Part shown: piece after piece, positions 20,569 to 31,056 of the stretch
How positions within the stretch are numbered: the first letter of the stretch is position 1
Layout: each line of letters opens with the position of its first letter
From: Methanomassiliicoccaceae archaeon
GTDB taxonomy: Archaea; Thermoplasmatota; Thermoplasmata; Methanomassiliicoccales; Methanomassiliicoccaceae
Assembly (NCBI GenBank): GCA_963728405.1
Contig: CAVSJV010000017.1
Location: forward strand, 384,001-448,000
Direction of reading: 5' to 3'
Length of the DNA stretch: 64,000 nucleotides
Translations under genes and position numbers: made by a program
The notes under the pieces: generated by a model
What the model saw: the letters and a program-made list of their open reading frames with translations, nothing else
What the model was told of the DNA's origin: nothing
The model's database searches: none

Positions 20569-21592
20569 TGGCTCGTACGGAGAGGGAGGCGGACAGATCC
20601 TGCGGAGCGCGGTGGCGCTGTCGGCACTGACCGGAACGGAAATCACGATCGACCACGTTCGAGGTAAGCGAGGCAAGCCAGGGCTGGCTGCCCAGCACCT
20701 GACCGCGGTCATGGGCGTGGCGTCCCTGTGCGACGGAGAGGTGGACGGCGGGTTCGTGGGTTCGACCTCCATCACGTTCAGGCCGGGCAACATCATCGGT
20801 GGCGCCTACCAGCTGGACGTGGGGACGGCCGGCAGCATCACCCTGGTCCTGCAGGCGTGCATGCTCGCTTCCTTGCGCGCCCCCATGGCCACCGAGCTGG
20901 AGATCAAGGGCGGGACCAACGTCCGGATGTCCCCGCCGGTGGACTTCTACACCAATGTCCTGCTGCCCCTCCTTGGAAAGATGGACTTCGACGTCGAGCT
21001 CGAGATCGTCTCCCGCGGCTTTTACCCGCAGGGCGGTGGCACGGTAAAGGCGATCCTCTCCCCCTGTCCGCGGCTCGTTCCGCTGGACCTGGAGGTCCGC
21101 GGCCGGCTAGAGGAGGTGGGCGGCATGTCCTTCACCCAGAACCTGCCCGAGCATGTCGGCCAGAGGATGGCCACCGCGGCCCGCAAGGCCTTCCTGGGCC
21201 AGGAGCTCAAAATAGGGACCGACCGGACCTCGGGCCACTCGACCGGGGCGGGGCTTGCTTTGTATGCCCGGTATCAGAACACCTTCCTGGGCGCCGACGC
21301 GCTGGGCGAGAAGGGCGTGTCGGCAGAGAGAGTGGGAGAGGAGGCGGTCCACCGGCTGAAGGACGAGATGGACGGACCAGGCACGCTGGACCTCCACGCC
21401 GCCGACCAACTGCTCGCCTACATGGCCCTGGCCGAGCGGCCATCCCGCTTCATCGTGGGGGATGTGTCCTCCCATCTGAGCACCCAGATGTGGCTGTTGA
21501 AAAAGTTCCTGCCGGTCGAGTTCGTCGAGCGCGAGAGGGATGAGGGCGTCCTGGTCGAGGTCTTCCCTAACCGTACATCCCGGGAAGAGTGA
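20558..21592 (+). CDS. rtcA: RNA 3'-terminal phosphate cyclase
   Basis: [30 protein letters not shown] and HAADQL motifs. Confidence 0.95.
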   Translation: MEIDGSYGEGGGQILRSAVALSALTGTEITIDHVRGKRGKPGLAAQHLTAVMGVASLCDGEVDGGFVGSTSITFRPGNIIGGAYQLDVGTAGSITLVLQACMLASLRAPMATELEIKGGTNVRMSPPVDFYTNVLLPLLGKMDFDVELEIVSRGFYPQGGGTVKAILSPCPRLVPLDLEVRGRLEEVGGMSFTQNLPEHVGQRMATAARKAFLGQELKIGTDRTSGHSTGAGLALYARYQNTFLGADALGEKGVSAERVGEEAVHRLKDEMDGPGTLDLHAADQLLAYMALAERPSRFIVGDVSSHLSTQMWLLKKFLPVEFVERERDEGVLVEVFPNRTSREE

Positions 21593-22337
21593 CCTTCCTT
21601 AGTTCGTCCTCCTTTCCTGCCTTCTCGTACATGTCCTTGAGGCCTTTTTCGATCATCTCGGCTTCCTGAAGCAGGGGCCGGATGTCCAGCGAGTCCTTGA
21701 GGACGAGCTTGTTGATCGCTCGAGTCACCGCTGCGGCGGCGCGCGCGTCCGGAAACTCGGTGCTCGCCTCCGACAGTAGGGTGATGACGTCGAAGGTGCG
21801 GCTGACCCCTTCATTCAGCAGTATGCCGGACAGGCCGACGATGACCCCTCCCTCGAAGATGGCGATGTCGTTCGCTTTCAACATCTCCCTGGCTTCCGAA
21901 GTGGAGCCGACTCCCAGCACCTGGCTTTCGGACTCGTCCTTGTTGGGCGGGCGGGCGCTCTGCTTGGTGCTCAATCCCTCCGGCGAGATGATCAGGCGGC
22001 ACTTGTGATCCTCCACCCAGTCCATGATGGTCTTGCCCAGCTCCTTTAGGACGTGCGGGGGAGGTTGGAACTCGGAAACGAACACTACCAGGCGATCCCC
22101 CATCTCGTTCATGTCGCCAGCATAGACGCGCACCGGGCTGTTGGGGACCCCGTTCTTGATCATGGACACGGTGGGAAAGTAATCGGAGTCCACCACCGCG
22201 ATCTGCCTGAGCTTGAGCTGAGTGACCAGGTAGTTGGCCACGATCGACCCCACCAACCCGATGGATGGGAAACCGTCCAGGACATAACTTCCCCTGAGGT
22301 TCATCTCCTCGATCTCAATGATCCGAATGAAGCTCAT
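21567..22337 (-). CDS. PAC2 family proteasome assembly chaperone-like protein
   Basis: GFPSIGLVGSI, FPDARAAA and C-terminal MYG (HbYX-type) tail; start taken at ATG 22337. Confidence 0.88.
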   Translation of the reverse strand: MSFIRIIEIEEMNLRGSYVLDGFPSIGLVGSIVANYLVTQLKLRQIAVVDSDYFPTVSMIKNGVPNSPVRVYAGDMNEMGDRLVVFVSEFQPPPHVLKELGKTIMDWVEDHKCRLIISPEGLSTKQSARPPNKDESESQVLGVGSTSEAREMLKANDIAIFEGGVIVGLSGILLNEGVSRTFDVITLLSEASTEFPDARAAAAVTRAINKLVLKDSLDIRPLLQEAEMIEKGLKDMYEKAGKEDELRKVTLPGMYG

Positions 22338-22413
22338 ATTTTTTCGATTCCAACCACTTACTAATAAGATGTTGGTGGGAAGTATTATGGACTGCCCCCG
22401 GGATTTTGGAACG

Positions 22414-23055
22414 ATGAGGCCCACGGTGACAGTGAATTGCGCCATGACCGCCGACGGCAAGATCGCCGGTCGATCCCGTAAACAGCTGCGCATATCCTCG
22501 GCCGAGGACCTGGAGCGCGTCAAGCACCTGAGGGCCGCCTCCGACGCCATCCTGGTCGGCGTGGGCACCGTTCTGGCCGACGATCCTCATCTGACGGTGA
22601 AAGGCAATTCCCCGGCAAAGAACCCCCTCCGCGTCGTGCTCGACTCCCAAGGCCGCACGCCGGAGAGCGCCCGGGTCCTAGACGCCCAGGCACGGACGCT
22701 GGTCGCCACCGCCGAGGAGTGCCGGACCACCTGGCCGACCGCCGAGGTAGTGCGCGTCGGCCGGGGGAAGGTCGACATCGGGCTCCTGCTGGAATATCTG
22801 TCCGAGAGGGGCGTCCGGACCGTTATGGTCGAAGGGGGCGGAGAGACCATATTCTCCTTCTTCGAGAGAGGACTGGTCGACCGCTACTGTGTGTTCGTCG
22901 GCAGCCTGATCATCGGGGGAAGGGGTTCCCCCACCCCGGCGGACGGAGATGGGTTCGAGGACGAGCGCATCGCCCGGCTGAGATTGATCTCCTGCGAGCA
23001 CCTGGGTGGCGGGGCCCTATTGACCTACGAGGTCGGAAATGGAACGCCGCCCTAG
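22414..23055 (+). CDS. 2,5-diamino-6-ribosylamino-pyrimidinone 5'-phosphate reductase (RibD C-terminal type)
   Basis: AMTADGKI, LRAASDAILVGVGTVLADDP and VEGGG motifs. Confidence 0.9.
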   Translation: MRPTVTVNCAMTADGKIAGRSRKQLRISSAEDLERVKHLRAASDAILVGVGTVLADDPHLTVKGNSPAKNPLRVVLDSQGRTPESARVLDAQARTLVATAEECRTTWPTAEVVRVGRGKVDIGLLLEYLSERGVRTVMVEGGGETIFSFFERGLVDRYCVFVGSLIIGGRGSPTPADGDGFEDERIARLRLISCEHLGGGALLTYEVGNGTPP

Positions 23056-23521
23056 GTTCCTGGCCGACGAGATGCTCGGCTCGCTGGCCCGCTGGTTGCG
23101 CATCATCGGTTATGACACCGCCTACGTCCGGAACCTGACTGACAGTGAGATCTTGGAGCTGGCGCACCAGGAGGACCGCTTCTTGCTCACCCGTGACCAT
23201 CAGCTGGCCGAGCGGGCCGGGGACCGCGGACTGCTGCTGACCAGCGCGCACCTCGAGACGCAGCTGTCCCAGGTCGACGCCGCCTACCATATCGCCTTCA
23301 CCGAGCCGATGACCCGCTGCACATTATGCAATGGACCGTTGAGCAAGGTCCCGGCTGGGGAGGTGAGCGAGAAAGTACCGGAGCGGGTACGGGCCTTGCA
23401 TGATGAGTTCTTCGTCTGCCAGAGCTGCGGACAGACATACTGGAAAGGCACCCACTGGGACCGGATAAATGAACGCCTGGAAAGAGTTCTCCGACCTAGA
23501 GCCGGTAGTAGTCCTCACTGA
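23039..23521 (+). CDS. Mut7-C (PIN-like) RNase domain protein
   Basis: FLADEMLGSLARWLR, LLTRD, RCTLCNG and CQSCGQTYWKGTH motifs. Confidence 0.9.
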   Translation: MERRPRFLADEMLGSLARWLRIIGYDTAYVRNLTDSEILELAHQEDRFLLTRDHQLAERAGDRGLLLTSAHLETQLSQVDAAYHIAFTEPMTRCTLCNGPLSKVPAGEVSEKVPERVRALHDEFFVCQSCGQTYWKGTHWDRINERLERVLRPRAGSSPH

Positions 23522-24428
23522 CGATCTTGCCGGTGCCGGCGTTGATGACCATGATGCCATGGACGCCCTCCACGCACCATATGGGAATGTAGAACACGCC
23601 CCGGTCCTCCATGACGATCTCGTCCTCCTTGGGGGAGACCTTCTTCTTCTCGGTGATGGTGACGTGGTTCTCCTCCCGGATGTTCTCCTTCTCGTAGGAG
23701 TTGACCCTTATCAGCTCCCGGCGGGCCAGGCGCTTGGCGTCCTCCATGCTGATGGATGGTTCCAGCCTCTTGTGGGCGACCTCGAGGGCGTAGACCACGT
23801 CGGTCTTCTCGCTCCACGATTCCACCTTGTGGGTGAGCCCGTTGATCGACAGAATGCCCCTCTCCACGCTGACCTTCTCCCCGCCCATGTACAGGGGGCA
23901 GATGTATCCATAAACGTAATGGGGCACCAGCTCGAGCCGATGCCGGAACCCCGCCACCGTCTGCCGGGACAGCTCCTTCACATCGTCCACACCGATGACC
24001 GGGCGGACTATCCGCTCTCCCACCGACGGCTCTGAGATATCCTCTAGCAGCTCGGGGGATACCAGCTTGGGAAAGTCGTCGGCGACCAGTTCGTCGACCA
24101 GACCGTGATCACGGTCCCCCATCACCCTCTCGATGCGGGTCCTTCCGATCTCATGTTCCAAGGCGTCCCGGTCCCATATCGTCACCGAGCGATCGAGCGT
24201 TTCGATGAAGGAGGGGGGCACCGCTTCCAGGGTGGCGATTATTTTCTTGCCTGCGTGGTCCTTGAACCGGGTCATGAAAGCATCGACCACCGGCCGATCC
24301 AGGGTCGATAATAGGCAGAACACGACCTCGCTGGGGCCCTTTCGGGCCAGCAGATAGCCGTCCTCCTGCGAGGTCTGGAAATCACGGGCCTGCAGTATCT
24401 CACTGACCAAAAGGGCCAAGGAGGTCAA
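23496..24428 (-). CDS. Hypothetical protein
   Basis: 310-aa ORF with host-like codon usage; no family recognised with confidence. Confidence 0.75.
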   Translation of the reverse strand: MTSLALLVSEILQARDFQTSQEDGYLLARKGPSEVVFCLLSTLDRPVVDAFMTRFKDHAGKKIIATLEAVPPSFIETLDRSVTIWDRDALEHEIGRTRIERVMGDRDHGLVDELVADDFPKLVSPELLEDISEPSVGERIVRPVIGVDDVKELSRQTVAGFRHRLELVPHYVYGYICPLYMGGEKVSVERGILSINGLTHKVESWSEKTDVVYALEVAHKRLEPSISMEDAKRLARRELIRVNSYEKENIREENHVTITEKKKVSPKEDEIVMEDRGVFYIPIWCVEGVHGIMVINAGTGKIVSEDYYRL

Positions 24429-24610
24429 AAACGCACCGTGGCCCCCAATATGGTGGGGTCTTAAATACGTTTCCAGGCAGAATCGAGGTCCCCGTTTCTT
24501 GACTTGCCCTTTACCGGCCGGACGGTTAGGACATGTGATGTTTTAATCGAATCATTTATTAAACTGCCATAGATTCTCGGATAGATTATTTTAAACTGGA
24601 ACGGTGTGGG

Positions 24611-26902
24611 ATGTTTGGTGGGAGCAAGAAGAGCATAGCAGTAATGGTAATTGTCGTTCTGGTCATCACCGCCGGTCTGGCCGTTCTCGTTACCAGCAGC
24701 GGCGGTTCGAAAAAGCTCGAACCCATTTCCAACACAACCGCAAAGGTATGGTTAAATGTCAATACCGACCAAAATTCATCGGTGAGCCCTGGTGACGCCT
24801 GGGGGGAGATCGAGACCTTCCAAGACGCAAAGGTCGGCACCCTCAACTACTTCGGGAACGTGACCCTGACCCAGAACCCGAACACCGAGGCCGTCGTGCT
24901 TGACGGCTATGTGTGGGTAATGAGCCGTGGTAACACCCCCAACGCCAGTGTGCTACGGTTCACTCCGGGGATCGGAGGGAGCTCCTGGAACCTGTCCTTC
25001 GAAGCCTATGCACCCAATGGGGGAATCTACATAGGAAATGACACTTCCAGCCCCCAGAGATTCGCCCTGCGGGCCTGCGTGGTCAATGGCCGCGGGGTGC
25101 CGGTGGCGACGGTCGAGCTTTCCTATGGGACGGAGGACAATACCTACATTCGCGTCGCCGATAGCCTAGGTACCTGGACCACCATTGCCGATCGGATCCA
25201 AGCGGCGGAGACCAAAAAGACCTCGGGCTACGGTTTCGCTCCCGACCGATATATCGTCTCTTTCCAGCATGTGAACGGCCAGGATTGTGTCGTACGGGTC
25301 ATCAGCACCGCGAGCGGCCTCGTCGGTTCGGCCACCGTCCCCATCCCATCGGCCTGGGGTTCCCCCCATCAGCTGGCAATGGGTTTCGACTCGATCGTGC
25401 AGTGCTATTCCACCGGTGTAGCAAAGTGCGGTTCCTGGGTGATCGACAATCTGGCCTGCCGCGGCGGGACCGTCCCCTACACTTTGGTGGGACCGACCTA
25501 CGAGTACGCCGCCGAGAACGGCACGATGGTCGGTGACGGACAGGGCAACTACGGCAGACCGGTGGACAATGCGACCGTCACCATCTCCGGGGTAGCGGCC
25601 AGGTACAATGCGACCACTCACCTTTATGAGGCCGATCTGCCCATGAACGCCGACTGGAACAAGCGTTACGACTATACAGTAAGGGTGAACGGCATCCTTT
25701 ACAAGGACAGGATGGCCTTGACCATGGTGTCCTCTCCAGAGCATGCCTTTCTGCCGCTATGGTGGAACGGGTGGGATTGGGTGAGCGTGTTTGGCCAGGA
25801 TGATATCAGCAGTTTCCAGGAGATCCTCAGCACCTATGCGGGGTACGACCACCCCCTGACCGCTTATGTCATCTCCCCTTCCGGCAGTGCCAATGCCATC
25901 CTCGCCACCCAATCGGAATTGGCCATCCATAATCCCCATGGGTACAATAATTACATGACCGATAACGCGGTCTTCTGGAACGATGCGATGAAAGATGCCA
26001 TCAGTGGCCAGTCCACGATGGATGCATACCGGTTCGCCAGCAAATGGGATGACCCGTCCTATGTCGGCAAGGGCCGCACCTTCATCTCCATGGCCAATCC
26101 AGGGAACTTGGCAAGCTACGAGAAGATGTATGCCCTGTACCTGAACGGGGTCCGCATCGATGGCCGATCGTCGGAAAGGTCGTGGGGCACCGCCGGCAAC
26201 TTCAGCGAGATAGGCAGCTGGTATACCAAGAACTACGGCTACACCGACCCTAACGCGGCCTGGTACCCGTACTCGAACATCGATATGATGGATGCCAGTC
26301 GCCAGCTGAGCTGGGACCATTATCAGGACTGGAACACCACCTTCAAGATGGTCGACTATGTGGCCACCCACAATGGGGTCCTGCGGGCCTACGGACACAA
26401 TGACCATGGGAGCCCGATCATCCAGATCCCCGAGCAGATGCACTGGATCGACGCTGCCAAGACGAACTACAGCTTAGAGAACTGGAAGGCCACCGACGGA
26501 GAGGTGGCTTCCTACGTATATGGCCGGTGGTCAACCGACGTATCGTTCGCTGAAGGTCGCTCCACCGCCAACACCTGGGTCTTCGATGTGTGCAGGAAGG
26601 ACCCCCAGGCTGCCGGTTACTGGCTCGTCCCGGTGACAGTGGGAGTGGACCTGGGCGGTAAAACGGTCAAGGACATTGCGGTGAAGGAAGGCGGCAAGAC
26701 CTACAAGATGAGCGATGGCTCCCTGCACAACCTCGATGGGAAGAGGACCATGGACCTGGGATACGACATCCGCGACGGCAAGCTTTACGTGTCCCAGTTC
26801 TGGAACTCCAGCACCACCCTGACCGTGATCTTCGAAACGGACCCCTCGGTCACCACCATAGAGCTGAGCCAGGCCTTTACCCCCCTGATGAAAGAGCCTT
26901 GA
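24611..26902 (+). CDS. Membrane-anchored/secreted multidomain protein with possible divergent polysaccharide-deacetylase domain
   Basis: N-terminal KK plus hydrophobic helix; many N-x-S/T sequons; FGQDD...SELAIHNPH...YGH pattern. Confidence 0.7.
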   Translation: MFGGSKKSIAVMVIVVLVITAGLAVLVTSSGGSKKLEPISNTTAKVWLNVNTDQNSSVSPGDAWGEIETFQDAKVGTLNYFGNVTLTQNPNTEAVVLDGYVWVMSRGNTPNASVLRFTPGIGGSSWNLSFEAYAPNGGIYIGNDTSSPQRFALRACVVNGRGVPVATVELSYGTEDNTYIRVADSLGTWTTIADRIQAAETKKTSGYGFAPDRYIVSFQHVNGQDCVVRVISTASGLVGSATVPIPSAWGSPHQLAMGFDSIVQCYSTGVAKCGSWVIDNLACRGGTVPYTLVGPTYEYAAENGTMVGDGQGNYGRPVDNATVTISGVAARYNATTHLYEADLPMNADWNKRYDYTVRVNGILYKDRMALTMVSSPEHAFLPLWWNGWDWVSVFGQDDISSFQEILSTYAGYDHPLTAYVISPSGSANAILATQSELAIHNPHGYNNYMTDNAVFWNDAMKDAISGQSTMDAYRFASKWDDPSYVGKGRTFISMANPGNLASYEKMYALYLNGVRIDGRSSERSWGTAGNFSEIGSWYTKNYGYTDPNAAWYPYSNIDMMDASRQLSWDHYQDWNTTFKMVDYVATHNGVLRAYGHNDHGSPIIQIPEQMHWIDAAKTNYSLENWKATDGEVASYVYGRWSTDVSFAEGRSTANTWVFDVCRKDPQAAGYWLVPVTVGVDLGGKTVKDIAVKEGGKTYKMSDGSLHNLDGKRTMDLGYDIRDGKLYVSQFWNSSTTLTVIFETDPSVTTIELSQAFTPLMKEP

Positions 26903-26955
26903 GGTCGGGACCAACATCAAGATAGGAGGCAGCGACCATGTAGGTCATCGGGAAC

Positions 26956-27352
26956 ATGGGCCGCTCTAAGATCTTGGGCCTCCTCGGCGCCTCGTTGCTG
27001 GTCCTGGGCGTAGCGATCCTACTGGTGGCCATCGCCGAGGGGGAAGCGAGCATAGCATTGGTCATCATCATCCCGATCATCTATGGCGGGGGGGCCCTAC
27101 TGGTTCTGGCAATCCTGTTGGTCTTTGTCGGTTTCTTCCTCTTGTCGTTCTCCTTGGCCCAAAGGACAGTCCCCGGAAGCGCCTTCGGCCCCCACGGAAA
27201 TGAAGAAGGGGTTTGGCGGCGTGGTCCTCATCGGCCCGGTGCCCATCGTGTTCGGCTCGGCCCGGGCGCTCAAAGGGACGTGGGCCTTGGCGGCCCTGGC
27301 TGCGCTCTCCTTGATAGTGTTCTTGCTCTTCCTGTTCATCCTTCTGAGATGA
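26956..27352 (+). CDS. DUF131-type small membrane protein (frameshift near 27185)
   Basis: IIIPIIYG plus GGVVLIGPVPIVFGS in the second frame. Confidence 0.8.
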
Positions 27353-27551
27353 GGCGGAGGGCCGCGCTCTCGAGACCTTCGTCCTTCTTCTTCGCCTCGC
27401 GCAGCGCGGAAGTTATGATCACATAGCGCTCGAAATCCATTCCTCGCTTTCTCAGCACCCGGCCCAGGGCGTGTTCCAGCTCTTCCTTGCGCAACTTTAT
27501 GTCGAGCGCATCCTTCAACAGCTCTCGGTCCGCGGGGCCTAGCGATGCCAC
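27336..27551 (-). CDS. Small hypothetical protein
   Basis: 71-aa helical ORF overlapping the guaAA stop. Confidence 0.65.
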   Translation of the reverse strand: MASLGPADRELLKDALDIKLRKEELEHALGRVLRKRGMDFERYVIITSALREAKKKDEGLESAALRLISEG

Positions 27552-28111
27552 TCCTCGACCACCTTGAGGAAGTTCTGGAAGATCTCTGAACCGTGCTCGG
27601 TGTTCTCTACCTCAGGGTGGAACTGCAGCCCGTAGAACGGCTTGTCCTTGACCTTGATGGCCTCCACCGGGCAGCTGATGGTGTGCGCTAGCACCTCGAA
27701 ATTATCGGGCAACTTCACCACCTCGTCGTTGTGGCTTTCCCAGACCACGAACTCCTTCGGCAATCCCCGGAAGATCTCATCCTCCCGGTCGACGATGAGA
27801 GTAGCCTTCCCGAACTCCGGCTTGCCCGCCGCGCTCGTCGCTCCACCGTAGTGGTTGGCCATGAAATGGAACCCGGCGCAGATGCCCAATATGGGGAAGT
27901 CGGCCCGATCGAGGTATTCGCCGTTGCGGCCCATCTTCTCGCCCTCTGCGGCGACATGGGGAGAGCCACCGGACAGAACGAGCACATCCACGTCCAATTG
28001 GTCGAGGGGGGTGTTGTTCGGTATGATCTTGGTCTCGACGTCCAGATATTTAAGGACCCGCCATTCACGGTGGGTCCACTGACCGCCGTTGTCGACCACG
28101 TAGACGCGCAT
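27539..28111 (-). CDS. guaAA: GMP synthase glutamine amidotransferase subunit A
   Basis: DNGGQWTHR, LGICAG, SHNDEV and QFHPEV motifs. Confidence 0.95.
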   Translation of the reverse strand: MRVYVVDNGGQWTHREWRVLKYLDVETKIIPNNTPLDQLDVDVLVLSGGSPHVAAEGEKMGRNGEYLDRADFPILGICAGFHFMANHYGGATSAAGKPEFGKATLIVDREDEIFRGLPKEFVVWESHNDEVVKLPDNFEVLAHTISCPVEAIKVKDKPFYGLQFHPEVENTEHGSEIFQNFLKVVEEWHR

Positions 28112-28210
28112 GAGCGTGTGAACGAATCCACTTAAATAAAATTTCTCTTCCCGGAGAGGACGTTGGGAAAAAAATCAGATTTATTAGCCAGTCCGCCATC
28201 TTACCCGGCG

Positions 28211-28925
28211 ATGAAAGCGGTCCTGTTCGACCTGGGGCACACACTGATCGATTACTACTGCGACTGGAAGGGCCCAGAGGAGAGAGGCATTGGACGCATC
28301 TACGACCTCGTTCGCCAGGGGTCCCCGCGAGTGGACCGCACCGAGTTCACCGCGTACCTCTCCGAGCAGTTGGTCCGCGCTCGCAACCTGAAGTACAACA
28401 GGATGGTCGAGGTGCCCCTGGTCGAGCTGATAGGCACCTGCCTGGAACGGTACGGCTGCCTGGACGAGGACAACCTGCAGCAGAGCCTGGAGGCCTTCTA
28501 CGGGGTGCTGCTAGAGGACCGCAAGCTGGTGAACGGGGCGGCCGAGCTGCTGGCCAGGCTGAAGGACCGGGGCCTGAGCATCGGCCTCATCTCCGATGTT
28601 GCCTGGGGCCTTCCTTCGGAGTTCCCCATGCGGGACATCAGGTACTTTGGCCTGGATGCCTACTTCGACGACTATGTCTTCTCGACCGACCGTCGGGCTG
28701 AGGAAACCTCACCCCAAGATCTTCAAGATCGCGCTATCGAACCTGGGCGTGGATGCGTCCGAGGCGATGTATGTGGGTAACTCCATCGTGCAGGACATCA
28801 AGGGCGCCAAGGGCGTGGGCATGATGGCGGTGCTGAAGAGGTCTGCCTACTGCCCGCTCGAAGAGGGGGTCGTCCCGGACCACACCGTCTCCAATCTGGA
28901 CGAGGTCGACGGACTGGTCGAGTAA
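28211..28925 (+). CDS. HAD-superfamily hydrolase (frameshift near 28690)
   Basis: AVLFDLGHTL; second frame VGLRKPHPKIF...YVGNSIVQDI. Confidence 0.87.
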
Positions 28926-28992
28926 GGCCACTTTCGGTCACTTTCGGGGACCTCCCCCGGAGGAGCATAGTATCTCGGTCCTACAATGGGAC

Positions 28993-30105
28993 ATGCTTCT
29001 CACGGAGAAGGTAAAACTAATGGTAGATCCAGACCAGAAGCTGATCCTTCTCACCACAATGGAGATCTTCAACTTGGCGTGTGATAAGATATCAGCAATT
29101 GCGTTCAAGGAGAAGAGGTTTGACAAATTTTCTTTACATAAACTGACATATTATGGTATCAGGGATGAGTTCAAGCTGCCCGCCCAGCTTGCTATCAGAG
29201 CCATTGGGAAGGTAACTGAATCGTACAAGCAAGAAAGGACCGCAGCCCATCAATTTCGGAAGCGTGGGTGTGTCGTGTATGATGATCGGGTGCTCTCGTT
29301 AAAAGGAACAGAGAGCGTTTCAATAGGTACGATAGAAGGTCGAATGACCATCCCAATTAATTGTCGACAGGGGGGCTATCGAAAGGGAAGATACGAAATC
29401 AGATGGACCTTGTTTATGTTGATGGGGCCTTCTATCTGAACATAGTGGTCGAAGTACCCGATGAAGGTGAATTCCTACCTGTTGGGTTCCTGGGCATAGA
29501 CATGGGAATAAAAAATCTGGCAGTTACAAGTGATGGCGAAATATTTAGCGGAGATAGTTGCAGAAAGCAAAGAAAAAAATATTTGACATTGAGAGGCAAG
29601 CTCCAGAAGGTCGGCACTAGGTCGGCCAAGAAACATCTTAAGAAACTGGCTCGAAAGGAGTCGCGTCATAAAAAGTATACAAATCATTGTGTTTCTAAGA
29701 CCATAGTACTTGCCGCTGAAGGCACAGCGAGAGCGATTGCTATCGAGGATTTGAACGGCATTCGCTCTCAGAAGACGGTTAGCAAGCGGCGAAGAGCGGA
29801 GAGAGATGTCTGGGCTTTTGACCAATTAAAAAATTTTATCGAATATAAGGCCAAAATCGTGGGGGTCCCAGTCGTATGGTTAATCCTTATGATACATCCA
29901 TGATATGCTCAGAGTGCGGTCATTGCGACTCAGACAATCGAGTAAAAAACCGCTTTCTATGCCTGCGATGCGGTCATCAGGAAGATGCAGATGTGAATGC
30001 CGCCAAGAACATCGCAAGCAGGGCCGCCATAGCCCGGCCTATTGTCGTCCCCCCGAAGATAGAAGGGGTTTGGAATGACAAGCCTCTATCATTCCAGATA
30101 GATGC
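28993..30105 (+). mobile_element. tnpB: IS200/IS605-family tnpB-only element (RNA-guided endonuclease TnpB; two frameshifts)
   Basis: GIDMG, IAIEDL, CSECGH..CLRCGH and DADVNAAKNI motifs over three ORFs; AT-richer than flanks; no tnpA; ends approximate. Confidence 0.9.
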
Positions 30106-30108
30106 TGG

Positions 30109-31056
30109 CTACTCCCATTCGACCGTCGCGGGCGGTTTGTTGGTGATGTCGTAGACCACGCGGTTGACGTCGCTCTTCATCTCGTTGGTGATGCGGACCG
30201 AGATGTGCTCCAGGACCTCGTGCGGTATCTTCGAGTACGAGGCGCTCATGCCGTCGATCGATTCCACCGAGCGCACCGCGATGGTCCGTCCGTAGGCGCG
30301 GTTGTCGCCCTGGACACCTACCGACTGGCAAGGGAGCAGGACGGCGAAGTACTGCCACGGACGGGTCATCTTCCCGGCCGCGGAGGCGTTCTCGAGCTCC
30401 TCCTCCACGATGGCACACGCCTCGCGGACGATATCAACCGCTTCCGGGGTCGCCTCGCCCAGCACCCGGATGGCAAGGGCGGGACCAGGGAATGGCTGGC
30501 GTTCCGCCACTTCGACATTGAGGTACCGCGCGACCTTGCGCACCTCATCCTTGTACAGATCCCTCAGCGGTTCGACCAGTTTCATGTTCATGTCCTTGGG
30601 GAGCCCGCCGACGTTGTGATGGCTCTTGATGACATCCCTGACGCCGTCCCCGCTCTCGATCCAGTCGGGGGCGATGGTGCCCTGCACCAGGAACTCGGCG
30701 CCATACTCCTTGGCGGTGCGCTCGAAGACGCGAATGAACCGCTCGCCGATGATCTTGCGCTTTCTCTCCGGCTCGGTAATGCCCTGCATGGCAGCGAAGA
30801 ACTCCTCGCTGGCATCGATGAGGCGATAGTTCACGCCAAGCCGATCGAACATCAGGCCCACGGCCTCGGTCTCGCCCTTCCTCATGAAGCCGTTGTTAAC
30901 GTAGACGGTCAGGAGGCGGTCGCCGATCGCTCGGGACACGAGCACCGCGGCCACCGTACTGTCCACTCCCCCGGAACAGGCGATGATCGCCCTTCCCTTG
31001 ATCTGGGCCTTGATCTCCTCGATCTGCTCGTTGACGAACTTATCAGGCTTGAACAT
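30109..31056 (-). CDS. guaAB: GMP synthase ATPase subunit B
   Basis: SGGVDS, IKSHHNVGGLP, RQPFPGP and YDITNKPPATVEWE motifs. Confidence 0.96.
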   Translation of the reverse strand: MFKPDKFVNEQIEEIKAQIKGRAIIACSGGVDSTVAAVLVSRAIGDRLLTVYVNNGFMRKGETEAVGLMFDRLGVNYRLIDASEEFFAAMQGITEPERKRKIIGERFIRVFERTAKEYGAEFLVQGTIAPDWIESGDGVRDVIKSHHNVGGLPKDMNMKLVEPLRDLYKDEVRKVARYLNVEVAERQPFPGPALAIRVLGEATPEAVDIVREACAIVEEELENASAAGKMTRPWQYFAVLLPCQSVGVQGDNRAYGRTIAVRSVESIDGMSASYSKIPHEVLEHISVRITNEMKSDVNRVVYDITNKPPATVEWE

